NCBI GenBank assembly: GCA_964243335.1
Contig: CAXTED010000008.1
Coordinates: 49,099 to 113,098, forward strand
Source: an uncultured Sphingomicrobium sp.
Lineage (GTDB): Bacteria > Pseudomonadota > Alphaproteobacteria > Sphingomonadales > Sphingomonadaceae
Direction: 5' to 3'
Length of the DNA: 64,000 nucleotides
Shown here: positions 1 to 8,741 of the stretch, piece by piece
How the letters are laid out: each line of letters begins with the position of its first letter
How positions within the stretch are numbered: position 1 is the first letter of the stretch
Translations under genes and position numbers: made by a program
The notes under the pieces: model-generated
Database searches by the model: none
What the model saw: the letters and a program-made list of their open reading frames with translations, nothing else
Told to the model about the DNA's origin: nothing

Positions 1-935
1 CACGCGAAGACCTGGAAACCGCGAGCATTCAATTCCAGACGCTGACCGGCATGCCAATCGACAGCGTGGCCGTCCCGCCCGACCTGTCGCGCTTCATGCC
101 GGCATTGCTCGCCGAGGCCGAGGATGCGGCGCGCAACAACAATCCCCGGGTTCAGGAAGCGCTTGCCGATCTGTCGGCGCAGCGTGAAGTGATCCGCTCC
201 GCACGCTCCGACATCGGTCCGCGCTTGAACGCCGAGGGCCGCGCCCGCGTCGGCAATGACGTCGACGGTTTCGCCGGCAACACCCGCGATCTGCAGGCCA
301 ATCTGGTGATGCGCTGGACGCTGACAAACGGCGGCATCAAGGAAGCCAATCTGCGCGAACAGCAGCGCCGGGCCGACGAGGGTCACGCCCGCGTATTCGA
401 GCAGACACGTCAGGCCGAACAGGATGCGCGCTCGGCCTGGAGCCGCCTGCAGAACCAGGGCCGCCTGGTCGGCGAGCTGGAGAATCAGAGCCGCATCTCG
501 GACGATCTTCTGCTGTCCTACCGCGAGCAGTTCAACGTCGGACGCCGATCGTTGCTAGACGTGCTCGACTCGCAGAACACACGCCAGAACGTCCAGGCGC
601 AGGCCGAAAGCGCGCGCATGGCTCGCTTGTTCGCGCAGTATCGCGTGCTCGCGTCGGCTAATCGGCTGGTTGAAGCGCTCGGCGTGCAAATGCCTCGCGA
701 CGCCTATCTGACCTTGCGCGACAAATACCGCGTACAGCCGGTGCCGGCCAGCGACCGCCAGGAGAACAGCCTGCGCTACCCGCTGATGGGACCGCCGAGT
801 GGAGCGTCCGATAGCGGGACGGCCGTGCCTTCGGCCGTGACCGCTCCGCCGATGGCGCCTACCGATCCTGCTTCGGGGACACCGACGGCTCCTGCCGACG
901 GATCGCAGCCGGCGCCCGCCTCCGGCGGACGCTAA
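1..935 (+). CDS. TolC-family outer-membrane factor of a type I secretion system (3' part; 5' end lies upstream of the window)
   Basis: The frame of ORF 51..935 stays open back to base 3. It carries TolC-like repeat text (RISDDLLLSYREQFNVGRRSLLDVLDSQN, FAQYRVLA) followed by a Pro/Ala/Thr-rich tail. It lies directly upstream of the ABC and HlyD genes. Confidence 0.8.
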   Translation, partial: REDLETASIQFQTLTGMPIDSVAVPPDLSRFMPALLAEAEDAARNNNPRVQEALADLSAQREVIRSARSDIGPRLNAEGRARVGNDVDGFAGNTRDLQANLVMRWTLTNGGIKEANLREQQRRADEGHARVFEQTRQAEQDARSAWSRLQNQGRLVGELENQSRISDDLLLSYREQFNVGRRSLLDVLDSQNTRQNVQAQAESARMARLFAQYRVLASANRLVEALGVQMPRDAYLTLRDKYRVQPVPASDRQENSLRYPLMGPPSGASDSGTAVPSAVTAPPMAPTDPASGTPTAPADGSQPAPASGGR

Positions 936-971
936 GGCGGCAAACGAGTAAGGGGACGGGCGTTGGGGTTC

Positions 972-3137
972 ATGACTTGGCTGGATGCTGCGCCATCGCG
1001 TGAGCTCGACCCCGTTCTCGACTGTCTGGCATTCTGTGCGCGCCAGGCGGACCGGCCGTCCTCGCCGGTCCTGCTGCGGGCCGGTCTCGCCTTGTCCGAG
1101 ACTGGCAGCCTGCCATTTCACCAGATCGAACCGGCACTCGAGCAGGTTGGCATGCGGAGCGGCCCGATGCAGCGGCCGCTTAAGGGTTGGCCCGAGCGCA
1201 AGCTGCCTGCCATTCTGCAGCTGGAAGACGATCGCGCCTGCGTTCTGATCGAGATCGAAGGCAGAAAGGCGTTGATCTTCGCTCCGGGCGTGGGCGATCC
1301 GATGTGGGTCGAAATGGCCGAACTCGAAGCCGTATTCACCGGTCACGGCGTCCATGTCGAGGCCGATCCGACCCAGGAACGCGCCGCCGAGCGGCCTTGG
1401 GACGGCGCCACCCATCGGCATTGGTTCTGGTCCGAAGTCGCCAAGGTGCGCGGCGAACTGTCGCCTGTCCTGTTGGCGGCGCTGGTGGTCAATCTGCTCG
1501 CCTTTGCCGTGCCGTTGTTCACCATGCACGTCTACGACCGAGTCATCCCCAACAAGGCGATCCCGACCCTGTGGGTGCTGGCACTCGGCGTGCTTCTCGC
1601 GCTTGGGCTGGACTTTGCGCTGCGCCTCGCGCGAGCACAGTTGATCGACGAGGTCGGGCGCAAGCTCGACGCCAAGCTCAGCCAGAAACTGTTCGAAAAG
1701 GTCATGAATATCCCGCTGTCCGAACGCTCGGGCAGCACCGGCGCCATGGCCCGGCGGATCAGCGAATATGAGGGCGTTCGCGACTTCTTCGCTTCCACCA
1801 CCGTGGTGCTCGTCGTCGACATCCTGTTCCTGGCCATGTTCCTGGTGTTGATCACCGTACTCGCCGGCTGGCTGGTGCTGGTGCCAATCGTCGGCATGGT
1901 CGTGATGCTGTCGGCCGGGCTGCTGCTGCAGCGGGCGATGCGTCAGACCGCGCTCGATGCGCAGGCGGACAGCAGCCTTCAGCATTCGGTTCTGGTGGAA
2001 TCGATCGGCGGGCTGGAAACCCTGAAGGCCACGCGCGCCGAAGGGCAGATGTTAGGTCGATGGCGCCGTTTGTCGTCGATGACGGCCGGCACGCAGGAGA
2101 AGATGCGCCGCCTCACCGCTATTGCCGTCAATCTCGCCAGCCTGGCCCAGCAACTGATCTCAATCGGGCTGCTGATCGGCGGTTTCTACATGTTCAACGC
2201 CGGCACCATGTCGATGGGCGCGATCATCGCGATCGTCATGCTGGCCGGCCGAGCCCTTGCTCCAGTGGGTCAGTTCGCCTTCCTCATCACCCGCGGCAAA
2301 CAGGCTTTCACCACCCTCGACAGCCTGCAACGGATGATGGAGGCGGGTGACGAGCGCATCGGCGCCTCGCGCGCGATCGTACCCGAGATCCGCAGCGGCC
2401 ACGTCGATCTGTCGCATGTCGGCTTTCGCTATGCCGGCGCGGCGCGCGACAGCCTGTCGGACCTTAATCTGGTGATCCGTCCGGGCGAGCGCATCGGCAT
2501 CATCGGCCGCGTGGCATCGGGCAAGTCTACACTGGGCCGCTTGTTGTGCGGCCTCTATGCGCCGACCGAAGGCGTGATGACCGTGGATGGCCTCGACAGC
2601 CGCCAATATCACCCGCACCAATTGCGCGACAGCTTTCGCTACGTCGGCCAGGACGCCGAACTGTTCTCGGGCTCGGTACGCGACAATCTCATGCTCGGCT
2701 CTGCCAGCGCCACCGACGAAGAATTGATCGATGCCGTGCGCCGATCGGGTGCCGACATCTTCTTGTCGCGTGATGCGGCGGGGTTCGACCTTCCGGTGGG
2801 CGAGCGCGGCAATCAATTATCGGGAGGCCAGCGTTCACTGCTTGTGCTTGCGCGTGCCTTGGTCAGTTCGTCGCGGATGCTGTTCCTGGACGAGCCGACT
2901 GGCGCCATGGACACCCAGACCGAAGCCTATTTCATCGATCATCTGCGCACCGGGTTGCGACCCGAACAGACGTTGATCGTTTCCACCCACCGCCACCAGA
3001 TGTTGTCGGTCGTTGATCGACTGTTGGTGATCGATGCGGGACGGCTACTCGCGGACGGTCCGCGCGACGAAGTGCTCGCCAAGCTGACGGCAGCCGCTGC
3101 TGCGCATCCCGTTTCCGCCGGTGAGCCCGTCGCATGA
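972..3137 (+). CDS. Type I secretion system permease/ATPase (LssB/HlyB-type ABC exporter with N-terminal C39-like domain)
   Basis: The ORF has an N-terminal C39-like region and a multi-TM core. Motifs seen: Walker A GRVASGKST, ABC signature LSGGQRS, Walker B MLFLDEPT, H-loop STHR. The ATG at 972 is preferred over the TTG at 963 used by the ORF track. Confidence 0.9.
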   Translation: MTWLDAAPSRELDPVLDCLAFCARQADRPSSPVLLRAGLALSETGSLPFHQIEPALEQVGMRSGPMQRPLKGWPERKLPAILQLEDDRACVLIEIEGRKALIFAPGVGDPMWVEMAELEAVFTGHGVHVEADPTQERAAERPWDGATHRHWFWSEVAKVRGELSPVLLAALVVNLLAFAVPLFTMHVYDRVIPNKAIPTLWVLALGVLLALGLDFALRLARAQLIDEVGRKLDAKLSQKLFEKVMNIPLSERSGSTGAMARRISEYEGVRDFFASTTVVLVVDILFLAMFLVLITVLAGWLVLVPIVGMVVMLSAGLLLQRAMRQTALDAQADSSLQHSVLVESIGGLETLKATRAEGQMLGRWRRLSSMTAGTQEKMRRLTAIAVNLASLAQQLISIGLLIGGFYMFNAGTMSMGAIIAIVMLAGRALAPVGQFAFLITRGKQAFTTLDSLQRMMEAGDERIGASRAIVPEIRSGHVDLSHVGFRYAGAARDSLSDLNLVIRPGERIGIIGRVASGKSTLGRLLCGLYAPTEGVMTVDGLDSRQYHPHQLRDSFRYVGQDAELFSGSVRDNLMLGSASATDEELIDAVRRSGADIFLSRDAAGFDLPVGERGNQLSGGQRSLLVLARALVSSSRMLFLDEPTGAMDTQTEAYFIDHLRTGLRPEQTLIVSTHRHQMLSVVDRLLVIDAGRLLADGPRDEVLAKLTAAAAAHPVSAGEPVA

Positions 3138-4222
3138 CGCGCATGCAAATCGCCCGGCGGCGTTTGCGCATACGCTGGCAGTCGCTGGGATGGAAAACGT
3201 TCGCCTTCGCAATCGCCGGGGTAATCGCCATGGCCGCGCTACTGGCGAGCAGCCTTCAGTGGCTCGTTGCACCGGCGAGCGCCCCGACCAATTACGCCAG
3301 CGTGGTCCTGATCCCGGTCAAGGCCTCGGCGCTGCTCGACCTTACCGTTGGCGCCCATGCCGATGCGGTGGCTGCCACCGGGGTGGCCGCCGAGCAGATT
3401 AACGCCGCTTTGCCGTTCAGCGCCGCGCCGGTGCAGGCCGCGCGCCCATTTGATGCGCCGTCCGGCGGTACCGATTATGATCGGGCGCTGACCTGCCTTA
3501 CGCAAGCGGTCTATTATGAAGCCGGGTTCGAGCCGATCGAAGGCCGTCGCGCCGTGGCGCAGGTGATCCTCAACCGCATTCGCCACCCGGCCTTCCCCAA
3601 GTCGGTGTGCGGCGTGATTTACCAGCGCAATGCGACGCCGGTGTGCCAGTTCAGCTTCGTGTGTGACGGTGCGCTGGGGCGTTCTGCGGCGGCCGGTCCG
3701 TGGGCCGAAGCGCGCCGCGTGGCTCAGGCCGCGCTGGCGGGCTATGTCGAAGCGTCGGTTGGCCAGGCCACGCACTACCATGCCAATTACGTGTCGCCGC
3801 GCTGGGCGCCCTTGCTGGCCAAGATTACCAACATCGGCGCGCACATCTTCTACCGCTGGCCCGGCACCTGGGGCCAGCCGGCTGCCTTCACCGGCCGCTA
3901 CATCGGCGAGCCCAACGATCCGTCCAGCCTTCGCGTCCCGTTGCGCCCCGCGGTGCAATTGGCGGCGGTGCTCGCTGCGGACGGGACGTTGGTCGGGCCC
4001 GCGGTCACGGCGCTCGTCGACCCGACAGTGCACCGCGCCGCCAGCGACGTCGGCGGGCTGCTCGACACCAGCAAGGGTTGGACGCTCAACATCCCGCTTC
4101 CAGGCCAGGCGGGCGGGGCTGCAAAAGCCATCGCCGAACGGCAGGCGGCTCCTTCGCCCAATCCGATCACCGCCATCGCGCTTGTCGCGGTCAATGGCGG
4201 ACCGTCGCTGGCAGCCAAATAG
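3134..4222 (+). CDS. Membrane-anchored cell-wall hydrolase, SleB/Hydrolase_2 family
   Basis: The ATG overlaps the ABC stop codon (ATGA at 3134-3137). There is an N-terminal TM helix (FAFAIAGVIAMAALLASSL). SleB-domain text is present: ALTCLTQAVYYEAGFEPIEGRRAVAQVILNRIRHPAFPKSVCGVIYQ..CQFSFVCDG. The C-terminal half is Ala/Pro-rich. Confidence 0.8.
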   Translation: MTRMQIARRRLRIRWQSLGWKTFAFAIAGVIAMAALLASSLQWLVAPASAPTNYASVVLIPVKASALLDLTVGAHADAVAATGVAAEQINAALPFSAAPVQAARPFDAPSGGTDYDRALTCLTQAVYYEAGFEPIEGRRAVAQVILNRIRHPAFPKSVCGVIYQRNATPVCQFSFVCDGALGRSAAAGPWAEARRVAQAALAGYVEASVGQATHYHANYVSPRWAPLLAKITNIGAHIFYRWPGTWGQPAAFTGRYIGEPNDPSSLRVPLRPAVQLAAVLAADGTLVGPAVTALVDPTVHRAASDVGGLLDTSKGWTLNIPLPGQAGGAAKAIAERQAAPSPNPITAIALVAVNGGPSLAAK

Positions 4223-4269
4223 CGCAGGCTGTCGCCCTCGTACCTTTCGACAAAGAGTAGAGCTTCCCC

Positions 4270-5547
4270 ATGGCCACCTTGCCTTTTTCCCCGCCTGAAC
4301 GCCGCACCACGCGGCAACGGGCGTCGCTGACCGGGTCGCGCCGCATCATCCTCTTCTCGGCAATCGGTTTCTTCCTGTTCCTCGCCTGGTCGATGATCGC
4401 GCATGTCGACGAGGCGACGACCGGCCAGGGCAAGGTCATTCCGTCCAGCAAAGTGCAGTTGATTCAGTCGGCCGAGCCGGCAACCATTCGCGAGCTTCTC
4501 GTGCGGCCCGGCCAGCGGGTACGCCGCGGCGAATTGCTGGTGCAGCTGGACGACACGCAAAGCTCATCGGACGTCGGCTCGATCGAGGCTGAAACCCGCA
4601 GCCTTTCGGCACGTGCTGCGCGTTTAGGTGCCGAGGGCGGGGCCGGCGGCAGTGTCGGCGGGGACGAAGGCGCGTTGCAGATTGCCCGGCAGTCCGCGCT
4701 GCGCAGCCGTGTCGCCGCGCTTGGAGCCACCGGCGACCAGCGCCGCCGCGAGGCTGCGGAGGCGGCCGCGACCATCAACTCGCTGAGCCAGAGCGTCGTG
4801 CTCGCCCAGCAGAGCGTCGATCGTCTTGCGCCACTCGCCGCGCGCAGCATCGTCCCGCAAACCGAACTCGCCACCGCCCAGCGCGAAGTGATCGATCTCC
4901 GCGGGCGCATCGCTGCCGCGCGCGAGCAACAGGGCCGCGCCATGGCCGCTGTCCGTGAGGCGCAAAGCCAGGCGTCCGAAGCCGGTTTCACCTTCCGCCA
5001 GGAGGCGCTCAACGAACGCAGCCAGGTGACGCAAAAGATCGCCGTCAACACACAGGCGATGCGCGGCGCGCAGGGACGCCTGAGCAAAACGGAATTGCGC
5101 TCGCCGGTTGACGGCATCGTCAACGATCTGCAGGTCGCCACGCGCGGCGGCTTCGTCAACGCTGGTCAGAAGATCATGGAAGTGGTCCCGCTGGGCGACA
5201 AACTGCTCGTCGAAACGCGCGTCCGACCAAGCGACATCGCCTTCATCAAGGTCGGCGACAAAGCGCTGGTCAAGGTCACCGCCTACGACTTCTCGATCTA
5301 TGGGGGGCTCGATGGGCGCGTGGTCCGGGTGTCCGCCGATTCGATTTACGACGAGGCCACGCGCGAGGCGTTCTTCAACGTCATCGTGGAGACCGACCGC
5401 GCTTATGTGATGAGTGGAGGCAGGCAACTCCCGATCACTCCGGGCATGATGACCGACACCCAGATCATCACCGGTCGCAAGTCCATTCTCAGCTATTTGC
5501 TGAAGCCAGTCCTGAAAGCCCGAAGCGACGCTCTTACCGAGCGCTGA
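4270..5547 (+). CDS. HlyD-family type I secretion periplasmic adaptor (membrane fusion protein)
   Basis: 425 aa with an N-terminal TM (IILFSAIGFFLFLAWSMIA), a lipoyl-like hairpin (VRPGQRVRRGELLVQLD), a long coiled-coil and a C-terminal beta-barrel (MMTDTQIITGRKSILSYLLKP). Confidence 0.9.
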   Translation: MATLPFSPPERRTTRQRASLTGSRRIILFSAIGFFLFLAWSMIAHVDEATTGQGKVIPSSKVQLIQSAEPATIRELLVRPGQRVRRGELLVQLDDTQSSSDVGSIEAETRSLSARAARLGAEGGAGGSVGGDEGALQIARQSALRSRVAALGATGDQRRREAAEAAATINSLSQSVVLAQQSVDRLAPLAARSIVPQTELATAQREVIDLRGRIAAAREQQGRAMAAVREAQSQASEAGFTFRQEALNERSQVTQKIAVNTQAMRGAQGRLSKTELRSPVDGIVNDLQVATRGGFVNAGQKIMEVVPLGDKLLVETRVRPSDIAFIKVGDKALVKVTAYDFSIYGGLDGRVVRVSADSIYDEATREAFFNVIVETDRAYVMSGGRQLPITPGMMTDTQIITGRKSILSYLLKPVLKARSDALTER

Positions 5548-5586
5548 AGCATTGGTGAAATCCGGATGGTCGGGATTAGCTTCAAA

Positions 5587-6456
5587 CTATTTGGCGCCCG
5601 AGCCGGGTAGGATCGCTGCAGCACTCGCCAGCGTGTAGGTTGGCCGCTCATACCCATGGGTCCAGGCGCGGCCAGCGGAATAGCTCAGCACCGGCCGGTA
5701 ATCCTGCATGGCCGTGGCATCGCCGAGCCGATCGCTGCCATTGTCGAGCAGCACAAGCTTATCCTCGGCCCGCGCCACCAGCACCGCATGGTCGGAGCGG
5801 CGCACGAGGTCCTTGACGATCACGAGGTACAGGTCACGCTCGGCGAAACCGGCGGCGCGGAGCAGGCCAAGCTTTGCGATGGCATAATCTTCGCAATCAC
5901 CACGGCCACGGCGCATGGTGTCGGCCGCGCCCTGCCACACGTCGGCGCGGCGGTAAGCACGCGAGTCGTCCACGAACTGCACCCGCGCATTGACGAACCG
6001 GTTGATGAGGTCGAGCCGTGCCAGCGCCGGCATAGCGCGCAGTGATGCGGCATAATGGGCCGACGTGCCGCTCGCGCGCTGCCCTTCCACCGCGTGCCAG
6101 CGGCGATCGAGTGAGGTCCGGCGAACCGCGAGCGCGACCGATCCGAACACATCGGGCTTATCGCTGGCGATCGCGCGGCTGAACAATGAAGGACGGGGCG
6201 CGGAGCGGAACGGGGTCAGCGTTGCCACCGTCGAGGCAGACCTTGCCTGCATCGGGACGGCAGCTGCCGGAATTGGCAGAAATCCACCATTCTGCTGCGC
6301 CATCAACGCGGCGAACCGGCTCGGCGCGCCGCCCAGGATTGCGTCACTCTTGGCGAAGGACAAGGTCGATGCGGGCAGGGGCGCAAGCTGCGCTCGGGCG
6401 GGTTGCGCGGCGGCGGCAAGAAGCACGCCGATCGAAGCAAGAAGCACCTTTTCCAT
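5587..6456 (-). CDS. Bacterial transglutaminase-like cysteine proteinase (BTLCP, peptidase C93, LapG-like), secreted
   Basis: Signal peptide MEKVLLASIGVLLAAAAQPARA. Cys-His-Asp triad context is present: RGRGDCEDYAIAKLGLLRAAGF, RRSDHAVLVAR, VLLDNG. Confidence 0.8.
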   Translation of the reverse strand: MEKVLLASIGVLLAAAAQPARAQLAPLPASTLSFAKSDAILGGAPSRFAALMAQQNGGFLPIPAAAVPMQARSASTVATLTPFRSAPRPSLFSRAIASDKPDVFGSVALAVRRTSLDRRWHAVEGQRASGTSAHYAASLRAMPALARLDLINRFVNARVQFVDDSRAYRRADVWQGAADTMRRGRGDCEDYAIAKLGLLRAAGFAERDLYLVIVKDLVRRSDHAVLVARAEDKLVLLDNGSDRLGDATAMQDYRPVLSYSAGRAWTHGYERPTYTLASAAAILPGSGAK

Positions 6457-6524
6457 GGCGCCGCTTGTCGCAGAGGATGGCGAACAGGGACCTAAAAGCC
6501 TTGGTTAAGAAGGCGGTAGGATTT

Positions 6525-7319
6525 TCAAACCGATTCCGCATCGGACAGGAATGCATCCATCACCCGGTTGAAGATGGCCGGCTGCTCCAGGTTGGACAGG
6601 TGCCCGGCGGCGGTAATCTCCACCAGCGCCGCATGGGGGATGCGGTCCTTTAGATCCTCGGACAGCGATGGCGGGGTGATCCGGTCGGCGCTCCCGACCA
6701 TGATCAGCGTCGGACAGCGGATCGCCCGCACCCGCTCGCGCTGGTCGGCCAGCCACACCGCTTTGGCGGCTTGAAGATAGGCCGCCAAATCGATCCGGCT
6801 CATCGTCGCGACCACCTCGGCGCGAACCTCGGGCGACGCTGGCTGCCCGAGCAATGCGTCGACCCGCGCTTCCGCCAGTCCAGGCATGCCAAGCTCCTTC
6901 GCCGCTGCCACCGACCGGTCGTGAATCTCTTGCCCCTCGGGGTGGCAGGCGAAGCTGTCGGCCAGGATCAAGGACGCGCAACGCTCCGCCGCCGCGGCGT
7001 GAAGGGCGATCGCCACCACTCCGCCGAGCGACAATCCGCAGATATGCGCGGGGCCAATTCCGAGTGCATCCAACCCGGCCAGTACCGATCCGGCATAATC
7101 GTCATGCCCGGCGCCCTCCCGAGAGGCGCTCTCGCCATAGCCCGGGTAATCGAACGCCACTGTCCGCCGTTCCTCTCCGAAGTGCTGGAGCTGCGGCCGC
7201 CACACCGAGCGGTCCGATCCCACCCCGTGCAGCAGTACCAATGGCGTCGCATCCCCGCCGCCGGCCTCGTCGAAACCAAGGACGCCCATCGCCGTGTTCA
7301 CTGTTCCCATGCCGCGCAC
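6525..7319 (-). CDS. Alpha/beta-fold hydrolase (3-oxoadipate enol-lactonase-like)
   Basis: LVLLHGVGSDRSVW oxyanion region, nucleophile elbow GLSLGG, C-terminal AAGHLSNLEQP. Confidence 0.8.
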   Translation of the reverse strand: MRGMGTVNTAMGVLGFDEAGGGDATPLVLLHGVGSDRSVWRPQLQHFGEERRTVAFDYPGYGESASREGAGHDDYAGSVLAGLDALGIGPAHICGLSLGGVVAIALHAAAAERCASLILADSFACHPEGQEIHDRSVAAAKELGMPGLAEARVDALLGQPASPEVRAEVVATMSRIDLAAYLQAAKAVWLADQRERVRAIRCPTLIMVGSADRITPPSLSEDLKDRIPHAALVEITAAGHLSNLEQPAIFNRVMDAFLSDAESV

Positions 7320-7359
7320 CTTGGCAGCGCCCCCGCCGCCGCGCTAGGCCCTGCGCCAC

Positions 7360-7848
7360 ATGACGCGCATGACGGTCAACGGCCAGGCCGTGCACTATCG
7401 CCTTGACCCGCAAACCCCATTGTTGTGGGCGCTGCGCGACGCATCCAACCTCACCGGGACCAAGCATGCCTGCGGCACCGGGCAGTGCGGTGCGTGTACG
7501 GTGATCGTGGATGGGCGGGCGGTAACCAGTTGCACGGTGCCCATCGCGACATTGGAAGGCGCATCCGTGACTACCATCGAGGGGCTGGCGCCCAATCGCG
7601 GCCACCCGCTGCAGCAGGCGTGGGCGGCCGAACAGGTAAGCCAGTGCGGCCTGTGCGACAGCGGCTTCATCATGGCCTTGGCCGCGCTGATGCAGGGCAG
7701 CCCCGACCCGACTCCAGAGCAATTGGATGGGCTGCGCAACCAGTGCCCGTGCGGCATCCACCCGCGTGTCCGCCTAGCAGTGAAGCGCGCCGCCGCCGCA
7801 ATCGCCGCTGCGACGGGCACCGCAGCCAAAGCTCCCCGCCGGCGTTAA
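7360..7848 (+). CDS. (2Fe-2S)-binding small subunit of a molybdo-hydroxylase (IorA/CoxS-like)
   Basis: Two cluster motifs: CGTGQCGACTV and the second Cys set (QCGLCDSG..CPCG). Size is 162 aa. Confidence 0.85.
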   Translation: MTRMTVNGQAVHYRLDPQTPLLWALRDASNLTGTKHACGTGQCGACTVIVDGRAVTSCTVPIATLEGASVTTIEGLAPNRGHPLQQAWAAEQVSQCGLCDSGFIMALAALMQGSPDPTPEQLDGLRNQCPCGIHPRVRLAVKRAAAAIAAATGTAAKAPRRR

Positions 7849-7916
7849 GGGCTCACTCATCGCCTCAGGCCGATACTGGCGGCTGATAACCACTCGTTGC
7901 ACAAGGAACCGTGTTC

Positions 7917-8666
7917 ATGCGTGCCTTGCTTCTTGCCGCGTTGATCGTGACCAGCGCGGCGCCCACTATCGCCGACCCTCGCGATGCCTTGGACGTTCGC
8001 GAAAGGATCATCTCCGGGGTTCGGGCCGATACCTCCAGCCGGCAGCAGCAACTTGGCCAGCCATCGTTGCGAAGCGTGATCGGAAGCGGAGCGAGGGACG
8101 TTCTCTCCAGCGAGCGCCGCATGGAGCGCATGGTACCGAGCAGCGGCGCGTCGGAACAGCAGTCTGTCCTGCGCAACGAGTATCGCGCCGAAGCGCTTGG
8201 CCGGGCACCGCAACAATCGCGCGGCGAACGCCTGGACGACCGCTGGCGGGACGACCGGCGCGCTGCCGAGCGGGTCAAGCAAACCGACACTGTTACGACT
8301 TGGCGGCAGGACCGCCGGAATCGCGAGCGGAATGTGCACACTCCGCGGCTGGTCAACGACAACTGGCGTGAAAGCTGGCGCCGGGACCGACGCTATGACT
8401 GGCGAACGTATCGTGAGGGTCACCGCGGTCTGTTTCGAGCTGCCGCCTATGTGGATCCGTTCGGCTGGGGTTACCGATCCATCAGCCACGGCTCGCGGCT
8501 CGATCCGGTCTATTACTCCGGCCGCTATGCTTTGTCCGACCCATGGAGCTTCCGCCTGCCGCTTGCTCCGCCAGGCTACCGCTGGGTGCGTTATTTCGAC
8601 GACGCATTGCTGATCGACGTGCGCGGCGGCGAAGTGGTCGACGCCCTTCGCGATCTTTTCTGGTAA
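7917..8666 (+). CDS. RcnB-like periplasmic protein (Arg/Trp/Asp-rich)
   Basis: Signal peptide MRALLLAALIVTSAAPTIA. Arg-rich DRR/WR repeats. C-terminal RcnB-type text GYRWVRYFDDALLIDVRGGEVVDALRDLFW. The ATG at 7917 is preferred over the GTG at 7911. Confidence 0.65.
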   Translation: MRALLLAALIVTSAAPTIADPRDALDVRERIISGVRADTSSRQQQLGQPSLRSVIGSGARDVLSSERRMERMVPSSGASEQQSVLRNEYRAEALGRAPQQSRGERLDDRWRDDRRAAERVKQTDTVTTWRQDRRNRERNVHTPRLVNDNWRESWRRDRRYDWRTYREGHRGLFRAAAYVDPFGWGYRSISHGSRLDPVYYSGRYALSDPWSFRLPLAPPGYRWVRYFDDALLIDVRGGEVVDALRDLFW

Positions 8667-8741
8667 GTCGTCGAAGCGAGCTTGCGGCGCGTTCGGCAGA
8701 GGCTTAGCCGTCTGTCGGAAACCTTCACGAAAGCGCCCTTC

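Noticed and set aside
555-1985. 476-aa minus-strand ORF overlapping the tolC-like and ABC genes
   Set aside because: It is antisense to genes with clear family motifs. Its translation is Arg/His/Gly/Gln-rich and low in complexity, the typical shadow ORF of GC-rich DNA.
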